Of a stretch of 63,541 nucleotides of DNA, positions 29,670-38,834 are shown piece by piece. The stretch is from an uncultured Gallionella sp. (GTDB taxonomy: Bacteria > Pseudomonadota > Gammaproteobacteria > Burkholderiales > Gallionellaceae). Every line of letters begins with the position of its first letter. Within the stretch, counting starts at the first letter, position 1. The notes beneath the pieces are model-generated. The model did not search any database. It was not told the origin of the DNA and saw nothing but the letters and a program-made list of their open reading frames with translations. Both the position numbers and the translations under genes were made by a program. The stretch lies in NCBI GenBank assembly GCA_964349865.1, contig CAYGIF010000001.1, positions 1 to 63,541 on the forward strand, written 5' to 3'.

Positions 29670-29971
29670 GATTTCGCCTTCCTGCGCGTGACCTTGTGGC
29701 CGTAGTCGGCATAGCCTTGGGCGTAGCGGCAAACAGCCCCATCGCTGCGCTGTTCCGAGCTAAGCAGGCGCTCGCCTTGCTGCACCGGCGGGCATTCGCG
29801 CAGTGCCGCCGTGTGCCCTGCGGTGTACATGCTCAGCCCGAGTGCAGCGGCGATTGCGATCAAGCCAACCGACCACAACAGCGGCGCGCTGCGTCTTTCC
29901 AGTTCGTCGATGGTCGCGCGGCTGGCGGCCTTGCGCTGCTGCGCACGGATGCGCGATGCGTGGTCATTCAT
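29666..29971 (-). CDS. Hypothetical membrane-anchored early protein
   Basis: Hydrophobic LLWSVGLIAIAAALGLSMY. Confidence 0.55.
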   Translation of the reverse strand: MNDHASRIRAQQRKAASRATIDELERRSAPLLWSVGLIAIAAALGLSMYTAGHTAALRECPPVQQGERLLSSEQRSDGAVCRYAQGYADYGHKVTRRKAKS

Positions 29972-30059
29972 TATTTTTTCTCCCTTCAAAAAATAGCCCT
30001 GCGATCAAGCAAACCAGCAAGACGGCCCAGCACAGCAGCCAGAAATGCAGCGGTGTCAT
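29964..30059 (-). CDS. 31-aa single-TM peptide (absent from the ORF track)
   Basis: MTPLHFWLLCWAVLLVCLIAGLFFEGRKNNE; SD GAGGA; fills the operon gap. Confidence 0.6.
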   Translation of the reverse strand: MTPLHFWLLCWAVLLVCLIAGLFFEGRKNNE

Positions 30060-30066
30060 GACTTCC

Positions 30067-31305
30067 TCACAGCTCCTTGATGACGTCCGCGCCGACCTTG
30101 CCCGCACCGATTTCGGCGGCGAGGTTGAGCGCGCTGGTCACCAGGTTGTTCACCACCAGCGGATACACCATCGAAACGGCCTTGCCTGCGCCCTTCTGGC
30201 GCGTCAGGCGGGCGCGCATGGCGTCGTAGGCGTCCTTGTCGAACAGTTCGTTGAGCTGCTTGCCGACGCGCTTGAATTTAAGCGTGAGGTATTCTTCCAG
30301 GTGGCGATCCAGCGGGGCCAGCTCGGCCACTTCGCAGCGGCGGATCACTTCGCGCGCCTCGTAGTGAATGCGCTCGTCGAGCTTGTTCTTCAGCTCGGGC
30401 TGGCCGACCAGGATGATGGAGAGCAGCTTCTTGAAGCCGTCTTCCAGCTCCCAAAAGCGCTTGAGGAATTTCAGCGTCTGGATGGAGAGGTCGTGCGCCT
30501 CCTCGATCAGCAGCGAGTGCGAGTTCCCTGCGCGGCTGGAATCCTTGAGCAGTTGCTCGACCTTGCGCGCCTTGGCTTCCAAGCTGCGCGGCACCTTCTC
30601 GCCCTCGCGCAGGTCGCCGATGATGGCCTCGCAGATGCCGCCTGCGGTCATCGTGCCCTTGTCGATCAGGCGCGGCTGGATCAGGACGATCAGTTGCGCA
30701 TCGCGGTTGACACGGTCGATCAGGTCGCGGCGCAACGTCGTTTTACCGGAGCCGGATTCGCCCACCACGGCGAGGAAACCGCCGTGCTTGGCCGTGCTGA
30801 ACATGGCTTCGCGGATGTAGCGCTGATCTGCCGAAAGGAAAACATCTTCCGGGCCTTGCACGTCTTCGACGAACGGGTCGCGGAAAATTCCAAAGTGTTT
30901 TTTTGCATTAGGTGAAAGCATTTCGATCTCCAGAGGTTCGATTTCAGGTTGAAGGCGGGCGGGCTTCTGGCCGAGGTGGACATTGACCGGGTGAACGTTG
31001 CGCGAGGTGTCGTCTTCCTCGACCTCCCAGATGTGCGCGATGTCCAGTTCATCCGCGTCGTGGCGGCGCAGCAGCTCTTCGGTCTGGCGCTTGATGCTGG
31101 CCTGCGAGGTCAGGCGCGGCCAGGTGCCCCAGTTCATGATCTGCGTGGCGGCGGAGAGCGACAGCGGCTTGCCTTCCACCCCGCGCCCATCCTGCTTGAT
31201 GGATGAAGCCCATTCGGTCTGGCGGATGCCCAGGCGCGCGAGCACTCCCTTGAGTTTGAGCGGCATGTAATGTGACTCCTGTTTAAGAGCGGTCGCGGTT
31301 TTCAT
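30067..31305 (-). CDS. Transposition AAA+ ATPase (ExeA-like, MuB analogue) with N-terminal HTH
   Basis: GESGSGKTT, LLIEEAHDL, LVGQPEL; follows the transposase; start uncertain. Confidence 0.9.
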   Translation of the reverse strand: MKTATALKQESHYMPLKLKGVLARLGIRQTEWASSIKQDGRGVEGKPLSLSAATQIMNWGTWPRLTSQASIKRQTEELLRRHDADELDIAHIWEVEEDDTSRNVHPVNVHLGQKPARLQPEIEPLEIEMLSPNAKKHFGIFRDPFVEDVQGPEDVFLSADQRYIREAMFSTAKHGGFLAVVGESGSGKTTLRRDLIDRVNRDAQLIVLIQPRLIDKGTMTAGGICEAIIGDLREGEKVPRSLEAKARKVEQLLKDSSRAGNSHSLLIEEAHDLSIQTLKFLKRFWELEDGFKKLLSIILVGQPELKNKLDERIHYEAREVIRRCEVAELAPLDRHLEEYLTLKFKRVGKQLNELFDKDAYDAMRARLTRQKGAGKAVSMVYPLVVNNLVTSALNLAAEIGAGKVGADVIKEL

Positions 31306-31428
31306 GGCGATCCTCACTGCGGTTTGCTTTTCTGGTTTTCATTGATACAATCCCCTTCTCGTTGTTGTTACAAAAGCCGCTTGCGCGGCACTCTTATGGC
31401 CGGGTTGCACCCCGGCCATAAATCTTTT

Positions 31429-33210
31429 CTACTTCACCGCTACCAGCCTCGGCGCAGGTTCTGCAAACTTTCCATCCAGGTGATCTGCCGCTTCCTGCAG
31501 CTGCTCTTCCATCACGCCTTGCGGGTACCACTCGGCCAGCCGTGCGCGGTCTTCTGCCGTCACCGGCCTGCCCAGCATTGGGCGTAATTGCATGGCGGCT
31601 TGGGTGTGGGTGAGCGGCTTGATCTCGATCTGCGTGGGGTTCGGCACATGCATCGCCGTGCCGCGCTTGGGCAGGTAGGCGGGCAGGATGGTGTCGGTCA
31701 CCGGCTTGTAGGGGTCGAGTTCACCGTTGAAGGCCAGCCCCTTGCCCTTGCGCGCCAGCGCTGCGCCTTCCAGCGTATCCGCGCCCATCACCAGCATTTC
31801 GATATCCTTGGCATTGCGCTGCGCGCTGGTGTCCGCGTGGCGCGAGTAGGATTCGCAGATCACCGGCGCGCCTTCACGGAAGCCGAACTCGTTGCGCTCG
31901 ACCTTCTCGACTACGTGGAAGACTTCGCGCCCGTCTTCGTTCACAGCCACGATCTGCGCAGCGTTCGGACGCCACGGGTTGCGCACCACCATTACCTTCT
32001 GGCCGACGATCAGGCCAGCGGATTCGATCAGCGCCGACACGTCGTATTCATCGCCCTTGAAGCTGACGGTGAGCTTGGGCGTGACGTTGCGGCTTTCTGG
32101 CTTGGAGTGCGCCAGCTCGCGGCAGGTCGCTTCATCGGGCGCGGTGCGCAGTTGTTCCTGGGTGATTTGTAGCCACACGCCGTAGCGCGTCTGCCCGGTG
32201 CGGGTGTGGATGCTGGTGCCGTTGAACACGCGCATCCAGCGCCATGCCGCTTGATTGAGTTCTTCCAGGCTGTTGACCGCGATGAATTTCAGGCCGCTCT
32301 CGAATTTCTTCTCGACCAGGTCGTTCATCTTTTCCACCTGGCCCTTGGCGCGCGGGTTGCCGGGCTTGTTGACCTGCACATGCACTTGCAGGCTGCGGCA
32401 CAGGTTTTTAAACACCGCACCTGTGTTGGCGCTGCCGGGGTCAACCATCACGATGAATGGCACGCCGTGGAACGGGTCATGCTCGCCGCGCTTCTGCAGG
32501 GCGTGGATAAAGATATTGGCGAGGTTCTCACCGCTTTCCGCGCCCAGCACGTATTCCACGTAGCAGGTGCCGCTGGTGTGGTCGGTGACGACGTAGCGCC
32601 AGACTCGCTCTTTTTCAATGCGGGCAAGGTTCTTCGGCTTGTTCTTGTAGAACTCGTCCGCATCCATCACTTGCAGGCCGCGATTCACTTCCGCCTCGCT
32701 GCGCAGGTAATACAGCACGCACAGTGATGGGTCGATCTGCCAGCAATGGTTCGGGTGCAGGCTGGCGAGTTCCGTCACCGGCGCTGGTGCGCTGAGCTGG
32801 TCGGGGTGCAGCTTGTAATGGCGCAGCGCCCGGGCGACGGTGGAAACTGAAAGGCGGAACATTTCGCCGGTTTCTTCATCCACCCGGGATGCGGCGATCT
32901 TGCCGTTCGAGATCAGCGTTTCCATCGCCTGCTGGATACTCATCAGGCGCTTGTTGTTGCGGCGCGTGGATTCCGTCAGCACGGACGAAATCAACTGCGC
33001 TTCGTCGAACGACATCACGACCTTGCCGGCATCGTTGCGGCGCTTGCGGGTAGGGCGCACGGAAACCTCGTTCAGCTTGCGGTGCAGCGTCGCGGGGGAC
33101 ATGCCCAGCTCGACCGCCACCCGGGCGTAGAACTCGCTCTTTCCGCCGTGAGGCATCGACCGCGACTGCTGCGATATGCCGACTAAACGTTCTGTGATGG
33201 CCGCGCTCAT
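31429..33210 (-). CDS. DDE transposase, B3-type
   Basis: PNHCWQIDPSLCVLYY, MVDPGSAN, NPRAKGQVEK. Confidence 0.93.
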   Translation of the reverse strand: MSAAITERLVGISQQSRSMPHGGKSEFYARVAVELGMSPATLHRKLNEVSVRPTRKRRNDAGKVVMSFDEAQLISSVLTESTRRNNKRLMSIQQAMETLISNGKIAASRVDEETGEMFRLSVSTVARALRHYKLHPDQLSAPAPVTELASLHPNHCWQIDPSLCVLYYLRSEAEVNRGLQVMDADEFYKNKPKNLARIEKERVWRYVVTDHTSGTCYVEYVLGAESGENLANIFIHALQKRGEHDPFHGVPFIVMVDPGSANTGAVFKNLCRSLQVHVQVNKPGNPRAKGQVEKMNDLVEKKFESGLKFIAVNSLEELNQAAWRWMRVFNGTSIHTRTGQTRYGVWLQITQEQLRTAPDEATCRELAHSKPESRNVTPKLTVSFKGDEYDVSALIESAGLIVGQKVMVVRNPWRPNAAQIVAVNEDGREVFHVVEKVERNEFGFREGAPVICESYSRHADTSAQRNAKDIEMLVMGADTLEGAALARKGKGLAFNGELDPYKPVTDTILPAYLPKRGTAMHVPNPTQIEIKPLTHTQAAMQLRPMLGRPVTAEDRARLAEWYPQGVMEEQLQEAADHLDGKFAEPAPRLVAVK

Positions 33211-33219
33211 GATTTCCCC

Positions 33220-34227
33220 TTACGCCTTTGTTTTCTTGCCTGCCTTGGCGATATCCTTTTGCACTTGTTCGGCGGCTTTTTCTTCTGCGCCGGGGCGCAA
33301 CCAGTCGGGAATCTCGTTTCCATCCGGCACCGCCTTCACGTTGAAGCGGTTGCGCAGGCCGGTCAGGGCGCGTTCGATCTGCGCCAGGCAGCCGGACATG
33401 AATTCTTCGTGGGTGCAGTTGTTTGCGATGGCGTGTGCAGCCAGCGCCTCGAATCCGGGGGTGAGCTTTCCGAGGATCGTGGCCTCGGCCTCGAAGGCGA
33501 ACAGGTTCACCTCTTCGCGGAGCTGCGCGCCTTCTTCGTCCGGCGTGGCGGATTGAATGCGCTTCTTGGCGCGGCCCAGCTCTTTGGTCAGCCGCTCCGT
33601 CTCGGTTTCTTTAGCGGTGACGCGGGCGCGGCTGGCTTCCAGATCGGCTTCGGCGTCTTCGGCGCGATGGGTGAGGGCCTCTTTTTCCTTGGTGTGCCTA
33701 GCGATCAGGGTTTCGGCGAGGTCTAGCAACCCTTCCTTGTCGCCGTCCTTTGCGGCCTCGATCAGCGCGAGCCGCTCATCGGCCGGAAGCTTGCGGTACT
33801 GGCGCAGGTCGCGGTAGCCGATTCCGATGCGGTTCATATTCTCAAGCGCTTCTTCGCCGAACGCTTTAAGGTTGGCGATATCCTGATTGGCTTTCTCATC
33901 AGACATGCCGAGCAGTTCGCAGAACTCGCACCATGTCCCGCACAACTCCAAACCGTTTGGAGTTTTCATTCCTGCAAGTTGTTGATACAGCTTGTTTTCC
34001 TTAACAAAGGCCAGCTTTGCGACTCCAAACGTTTGGAGTAAGCCCCCTGCCGCATTTGCCATCTGTACCTGACCGAGCATCTGATTCACCAGGTCGCGGC
34101 CCTGCCCATATTCATGGCGCAATGCGGCCATCTGGTTGGCGGCTGCTGCCGCTATTTCCACGCCCGGCGTTTGCTCCGGCGTAACCTCGTGCGATTCGGC
34201 GACTGCTGTTGATTTGGTGCGTCCCAT
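33220..34227 (-). CDS. DUF3102-like conserved early protein
   Basis: VKENKLYQQL, GTWCEFC, IGYRDLRQYRKLP; directly upstream of the transposase. Confidence 0.7.
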   Translation of the reverse strand: MGRTKSTAVAESHEVTPEQTPGVEIAAAAANQMAALRHEYGQGRDLVNQMLGQVQMANAAGGLLQTFGVAKLAFVKENKLYQQLAGMKTPNGLELCGTWCEFCELLGMSDEKANQDIANLKAFGEEALENMNRIGIGYRDLRQYRKLPADERLALIEAAKDGDKEGLLDLAETLIARHTKEKEALTHRAEDAEADLEASRARVTAKETETERLTKELGRAKKRIQSATPDEEGAQLREEVNLFAFEAEATILGKLTPGFEALAAHAIANNCTHEEFMSGCLAQIERALTGLRNRFNVKAVPDGNEIPDWLRPGAEEKAAEQVQKDIAKAGKKTKA

Positions 34228-34238
34228 GTTGTTGCCCC

Positions 34239-34541
34239 TTATGCGATGGTGTGTAAACGGTTTTTGATTTCGGTCAGCTTGCGCTCTTCGGCATCCAGGC
34301 TTTGCATCACCTGGAGCGCCTTACGTGCGGCACTGACGGACACGCGCACGCGGCTTGTTTCGTGGATGCGCTCGGCATACCCGGCATCTACCAGCGCGTC
34401 TACGTAGTGCGTGATGTTTGATGCGGTAAGGCCGGTTGCTTTGGCCAGCTCCCCCGGCGTGTAGCCGTTGGCAAAGTTGCGCCACAGCACATCCAGCACG
34501 GCGAATGCCTTGGCGGCAGACTGGTTGGTTTTAGCTGCCAT
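34239..34541 (-). CDS. IclR-like HTH protein
   Basis: KAFAVLDVL...GYTPGELAKATGLTASNITHYVDAL. Confidence 0.75.
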   Translation of the reverse strand: MAAKTNQSAAKAFAVLDVLWRNFANGYTPGELAKATGLTASNITHYVDALVDAGYAERIHETSRVRVSVSAARKALQVMQSLDAEERKLTEIKNRLHTIA

Positions 34542-34824
34542 CGCGCGCCCCCAATACCTTGCGTTCGCGCCAAGCCAATTCGATGGTCAACAACAACCGG
34601 AGCATTCCGCCCCTGACACCATCCACAAGCGCTTTGGCGGTTTCTGGGTTGCCGTTTCCATCCAGTGCTTCACTCAGGCGCTGCGCGACAAGCTCGGTGC
34701 TGCCGTGCTGCTCGTACAGATCGGCGATAAGCCTCAAATAACGGATCAGGCTGGCGGATCGTTTCTGTTCATCGGCGAAGTCTTGCTGAATCTGTTTCGC
34801 GCTCAGGTTTAGGTTCAGACTCAT
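34531..34824 (-). CDS. Hypothetical early protein
   Basis: Coupled ORF. Confidence 0.55.
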   Translation of the reverse strand: MSLNLNLSAKQIQQDFADEQKRSASLIRYLRLIADLYEQHGSTELVAQRLSEALDGNGNPETAKALVDGVRGGMLRLLLTIELAWRERKVLGARDGS

Positions 34825-35066
34825 AGCTTGCCCTCCCCAAACTCAAGCCCCGGCTGCACAGCCTCACCTCCAATCTCAACGCGGGATGGCTTCCAGTGTT
34901 TGCCTCCCAGCGGCAGACGGTTGGCCATGTCGGCGATGGCGACCAGATGCTGTGCCATGACGCGCAAGTCGGCGGGGCGGATTTCCAGACCGTTGAACGG
35001 TGTGGATTCAAGCTGCACCAGGGCTTGGCCGTGGCGGCAACGGGTGAGTGTGGCGACGATTTTCAT
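34821..35066 (-). CDS. Hypothetical early protein
   Basis: Coupled ORF MKIVATLTRCRHGQALV... Confidence 0.55.
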   Translation of the reverse strand: MKIVATLTRCRHGQALVQLESTPFNGLEIRPADLRVMAQHLVAIADMANRLPLGGKHWKPSRVEIGGEAVQPGLEFGEGKL

Positions 35067-35068
35067 GT

Positions 35069-35542
35069 TCACTCCTGGGTAAATTCAAGTTCGGGCTGGA
35101 GATGCTTCTCGACGTTGCCCTTGTGCCAGGCCAAGCCCTCCATACCTTGCTGGATGGCGGAAAGCACAACCGCCGCATCAACCTTGCCGCCGTAAAATTG
35201 CAATAACTGGCCGGCAGCATCGTTAAGCGCCTCCTGCAGAGCGTGCATGTCTGCGGCACTGGCGCTGCGCCCCGTGGGTGCCATGATGATCAGGAAGCCC
35301 TCGCTGGCGGCGAGCCAGCGCGTGACCAGGTTGATGCCGCAGATGTGCTCGTAGGCGGGGATGGATGAAACCGGCATCTTCCCGGTCGAAAGCCACTTGT
35401 AGAGCAGGTCTGACGAAACATCCATCAGGTCGGCGATACGCTCAACAGAATAATTCTTGCGCTCAAGTGCGTAGTCCTTGCACAGGCGCAGCGCGTCGCG
35501 CAGGTTGGTGGGCTGGATGCGTTTCCAATTGCGGCGGATCAT
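35069..35542 (-). CDS. Phage regulatory protein (CII-like HTH)
   Basis: RRNWKRIQPTNLRDALRLCK...SVERIADLM..LYKWL. Confidence 0.7.
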   Translation of the reverse strand: MIRRNWKRIQPTNLRDALRLCKDYALERKNYSVERIADLMDVSSDLLYKWLSTGKMPVSSIPAYEHICGINLVTRWLAASEGFLIIMAPTGRSASAADMHALQEALNDAAGQLLQFYGGKVDAAVVLSAIQQGMEGLAWHKGNVEKHLQPELEFTQE

Positions 35543-35691
35543 TGGAAATCACCCGTCGTACGGTCATTCCAAACAAATAGCCCCTTGGAACCTGTAAAAG
35601 CGTTTTTTATTGCGTAAAATGCACCAACAGTGTTAATTAACGGACTATTAACACCTGCCGAAACTGTGGATATAGGCATGGCTGACATTCC

Positions 35692-35922
35692 TTAGGCGGC
35701 GAGACGGGCACGAGGATCGAAGTCGCGGGCGGTGGTAACCACCCCTTCCTTCAGTCCGAGCTTGACGGCAATTTGGTGGCTCTGGCCGCGAATGGCTTTC
35801 TTGCGACCGGCCAGCACCTCTAATACGAGGTTGCCGTTGAAATTGTTTGCGATTGCCCAGCTGGCGATCGAGATTCCGTTGCGCTTGAACTCAGCGCGGA
35901 TTTCATCAGGTGTACGTGTCAT
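35692..35922 (-). CDS. Ner/Cro-like DNA-binding protein
   Basis: TPDEIRAEFKRNGISIASWA...RGQSHQIAVKLGLK; divergent from the repressor. Confidence 0.85.
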   Translation of the reverse strand: MTRTPDEIRAEFKRNGISIASWAIANNFNGNLVLEVLAGRKKAIRGQSHQIAVKLGLKEGVVTTARDFDPRARLAA

Positions 35923-35987
35923 GGCGTGCTCCGTTTGGTGGTTGCTAAAACGCGTTTGCGGTGCGTTGGTGTGTATTGATATAGTGA

Positions 35988-36016
35988 ATCTTAGGTGCAG
36001 TAATTGCACCTGTCAA
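35988..36016 (-). promoter_or_regulatory. Early lytic promoter with overlapping palindromic operator
   Basis: TTGACA-17-TAAGAT on the minus strand; AGGTGCA-GTAAT-TGCACCT (35993..36011) fills the spacer. Confidence 0.75.
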
Positions 36017-36025
36017 GGGGTATTT

Positions 36026-36532
36026 ATGATTTCTGCACTTATCAGGCAGGTGATGAAGGAATGTGGCCTTCAACAGAAAGCGCTTGCAGAGGTGTTGGGA
36101 GTTGATGTGCAGCGAGTAAAGAACATGACCGCAGGCCGCGTTAACAAGCTCACGCAAGAAGAGGGTGCGACCCTAATTAAGAAACTGAACATTCGTGGTG
36201 ACTGGCTGGCGACTGGCGAAGGCCCGATGTTTCAATCGGCGGGCGAGCAGGAATTTCAGCGACGCCTTGATGAATTGAAATCTGCGACCGATTCCGCTAG
36301 AGGCTCTGCACTACCGGAAGATAAGCAGAAGTTGATGCAGGAGCTGCTGTTTTATGTGGGAGCAGGGGACGTTGCGGCGCTTGCCGCAGCGATGTCGCGG
36401 GTGGAAATCGTTTCTCCCGGCGAGGCGGCTCTCCTGGACAACTACCGTCACGCGCCGCCGGAAGGCAAGGCGGCCTTAAAGGCGGTCTGCGCTGCGCTGG
36501 AGAAACCGCAACACGGAAAGAAAGCTGGATGA
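36026..36532 (+). CDS. Prophage repressor (XRE HTH)
   Basis: GLQQKALAEVLGV...DWLATGEGPMF...EAALLDNYR. Confidence 0.82.
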   Translation: MISALIRQVMKECGLQQKALAEVLGVDVQRVKNMTAGRVNKLTQEEGATLIKKLNIRGDWLATGEGPMFQSAGEQEFQRRLDELKSATDSARGSALPEDKQKLMQELLFYVGAGDVAALAAAMSRVEIVSPGEAALLDNYRHAPPEGKAALKAVCAALEKPQHGKKAG

Positions 36533-36562
36533 ATAGTTTTTAACCCACTACAAGGAGATAGC

Positions 36563-37042
36563 ATGAGCATCAAGCGAACTCTGAGCGGCAAAGAGGTTTT
36601 CTTTTCATTGGCCGGGACAGCCTTGTTTATCTGGCTTATGGCAGAGACTGGCGGGTTTAATGGCATATATCATGCCGTGATGCCAGGGCAAATTCCAGAT
36701 ACATTCAAACAGGCTGGTATCAGCAATAAGAAATGGGATAGCGACAACGCTCGTCTCGCGGCAAGGATTACTGCAAAGTCGCTGCAGCGGCTTGATGAGG
36801 TAGTCGCTGACGCAGATAAGCGCGGCGATTCTGCCGCTGCAACTCAAACGCTTGATGAGTTTATAGCGCTTATGCGAGGCTGGAACGATCAACAGGACAA
36901 TGTAGCTGTTGGCAAGCACCACGATTGCGTATTGGCAACGATTCACGCGATGGATGGCGGATTATCAGTGGTGCGCGGCGGTGGTTACTTGACCAGAGGC
37001 CGATTCAATGCCTCGCTCGATGCGTGCAAATCATCCATTTGA
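36563..37042 (+). CDS. Membrane-anchored hypothetical moron protein
   Basis: SD AAGGAG; N-terminal TM; two Cys in the soluble part. Confidence 0.65.
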   Translation: MSIKRTLSGKEVFFSLAGTALFIWLMAETGGFNGIYHAVMPGQIPDTFKQAGISNKKWDSDNARLAARITAKSLQRLDEVVADADKRGDSAAATQTLDEFIALMRGWNDQQDNVAVGKHHDCVLATIHAMDGGLSVVRGGGYLTRGRFNASLDACKSSI

Positions 37043-37090
37043 TGGAGAGCGAAGTGTGAATGGTTTTTAACCAACGTAAAGGAGAGCGTC

Positions 37091-37579
37091 ATGGGGCTAT
37101 TCAGTTTTCTATTCGGCAAGCGTCCCGAACAGCTGCCGCCAGAGGTGCGGCGCAAAGTTGAAGCCAAACCTGTTGAGCCAAACAAGCCGGTTCAATCGCG
37201 CCCGGTTGATTCTGCCTGGTTGGAGCATTGCGAGGCAATTGAGCGGGCGTGGGAGCGCGGCGATCACGATTGGGCGCGACAGCAATTACAGCAGATCGCC
37301 TACAGCATGGTTGGCAATTCAGTCACCGACGAAGACCGCGCAAACTTCACGCAACTGATGACCGAATTTGCCAATGAAGACCCGCTCTACAAGCAGGTGA
37401 TGGAGAGGGTACTGCCATTGGTGCGCGACAATCCCGGAATATTGCAAAGCCAGGTTTACAAAGGTCAGCCCGATGAAATCAAAGAGCAGATGCGCTACGT
37501 GCTGTATTTTGCGAACGAACTCGGTCATATTCGGCGCATCAAAAAAGGCAATAGTTATCAGCTTATGCTGCCCGGATAA
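37091..37579 (+). CDS. Hypothetical moron protein (C-terminal winged-helix-like)
   Basis: MGLFSFLFGK start; NPGILQSQVYK...IRRIKKGNSYQL. Confidence 0.7.
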   Translation: MGLFSFLFGKRPEQLPPEVRRKVEAKPVEPNKPVQSRPVDSAWLEHCEAIERAWERGDHDWARQQLQQIAYSMVGNSVTDEDRANFTQLMTEFANEDPLYKQVMERVLPLVRDNPGILQSQVYKGQPDEIKEQMRYVLYFANELGHIRRIKKGNSYQLMLPG

Positions 37580-37602
37580 TTTCCCCGCAGCGTCACCCAC
37601 CC

Positions 37603-37627
37603 AGCCCCGCCCTCTGCGGGGCTTTTC
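37603..37627 (+). terminator. Intrinsic terminator after the repressor/moron operon
   Basis: AGCCCCGC-CCTCT-GCGGGGCT-TTT. Confidence 0.7.
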
Positions 37628-37650
37628 ATTCCCGTCTCTCGCATTCCTGC

Positions 37651-37702
37651 CGGAACCCATTCCGCCTTAACTCTCTCCGCGCGCGCGCGTACTCTGCGCG
37701 AC
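37651..37702 (+). promoter_or_regulatory. Activator-dependent late promoter (copy 3)
   Basis: CGGAACCCATTCCG-CCTTAAC-18 nt-TACTCT-7 nt-ATG. Confidence 0.8.
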
Positions 37703-37894
37703 ATGAACACAACACACCCACCCAAGCAAACCTGCACAAACTGCCAAACCTGCGGCAACTGCGCCGAATGGACACGCCACGAGGATGCACGCATGCCAGA
37801 ACACGGCCTGTGCGTGTATCACTCGACCGGGTATTACACGCACCAGTCGCATGTCTGTCTGTTCAACCCTTCCCGTTGGAGAGCGCCAAAATGA
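37703..37894 (+). CDS. Small Cys/His-rich protein, first gene of the lysis operon
   Basis: CTNCQTCGNC...GLC...HVC; ATGA-coupled to the holin. Confidence 0.6.
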   Translation: MNTTHPPKQTCTNCQTCGNCAEWTRHEDARMPEHGLCVYHSTGYYTHQSHVCLFNPSRWRAPK

Positions 37895-38172
37895 GCAGAA
37901 TTCCCCGCATGACCGATTGGTTGCTGATCACGCTGGCGCTGCTCGCCGCGATCGCCGTGCTGTCCCCGCAGCAGCTGCCCGTCTCGCTATACAAGCTGTC
38001 GCTGATCACGATGGCGGCGGTGGTCGGCTACTGGATCGACCGCTCGCTGTTCCCGTATGCGCGGCCTGACGATGCTGTGCTGATCCCTTCCCATACTTTG
38101 CAGGCCACCGCACAGCTGCGCCGCGCGATCATCGTCGGCTGCGCCATGCTGGCTGTGAGTTTGGGGGTGTGA
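37891..38172 (+). CDS. Putative holin
   Basis: PRMTDWLLITLALL...PQQLPVSLYKLSL...GYWIDRSLFPYARP; precedes the endolysin. Confidence 0.85.
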   Translation: MSRIPRMTDWLLITLALLAAIAVLSPQQLPVSLYKLSLITMAAVVGYWIDRSLFPYARPDDAVLIPSHTLQATAQLRRAIIVGCAMLAVSLGV

Positions 38173-38834
38173 TGAGGGAACCGGGCAAAACGTATTGGAC
38201 GCCCCCGCTAATTATCTTGTCGGTGGTTATCGCGATGCTGTTGCTGCCGTTGCTGGCGCTGGCAGAGGGCGTATTGCCATACGCCCCTACGCCTGTACCT
38301 CGCGATGCCGCCCGCCACCAGCGCGACCTGACGCGCCAGGCGCGCGCCGTGTGGGGTATGGATGCGCCGGTGGCCACCTTTGCCGCACAGATCCACCAGG
38401 AGAGCCGCTGGCGCTCAGACGCGCAAAGCCCGGCGGGTGCGCAGGGTATCGCGCAATTCATGCCGGCCACGGCAATGTGGATCTCCGGCGCGTACCGGAT
38501 GGGCGAGGCGCAGCCGTATAACCCCGGCTGGGCGTTGCGCGCGCTGGTCACCTACGACCGCTGGCTGTGGGATCGCGTGCAGGCCGCCGATGCCTGCGAG
38601 CGCATGGCGATGTCGCTGTCAGCCTACAACGGCGGGCTGGGGTGGGTGTATCGCGACCAGGCATTGACCGCACAGCGCGGCGCGGATCGCGCCCGATGGT
38701 TCGGCCACGTCGAGCGGTTTAACGCCGGGCGCAGCGCCTCGAATTTCGCGGAGAACCGCAGCTACCCGCGCGTGATCCTGACGCGCTGGCAGCCGATCTA
38801 TGCGGGCTGGGGCGGAGGTATCAAGTGCGCCTGA
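38172..38834 (+). CDS. Lytic transglycosylase endolysin with N-terminal hydrophobic segment
   Basis: QIHQES, GAQGIAQFMPAT, SAYNGG, ENRSYP. Confidence 0.9.
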   Translation: MREPGKTYWTPPLIILSVVIAMLLLPLLALAEGVLPYAPTPVPRDAARHQRDLTRQARAVWGMDAPVATFAAQIHQESRWRSDAQSPAGAQGIAQFMPATAMWISGAYRMGEAQPYNPGWALRALVTYDRWLWDRVQAADACERMAMSLSAYNGGLGWVYRDQALTAQRGADRARWFGHVERFNAGRSASNFAENRSYPRVILTRWQPIYAGWGGGIKCA

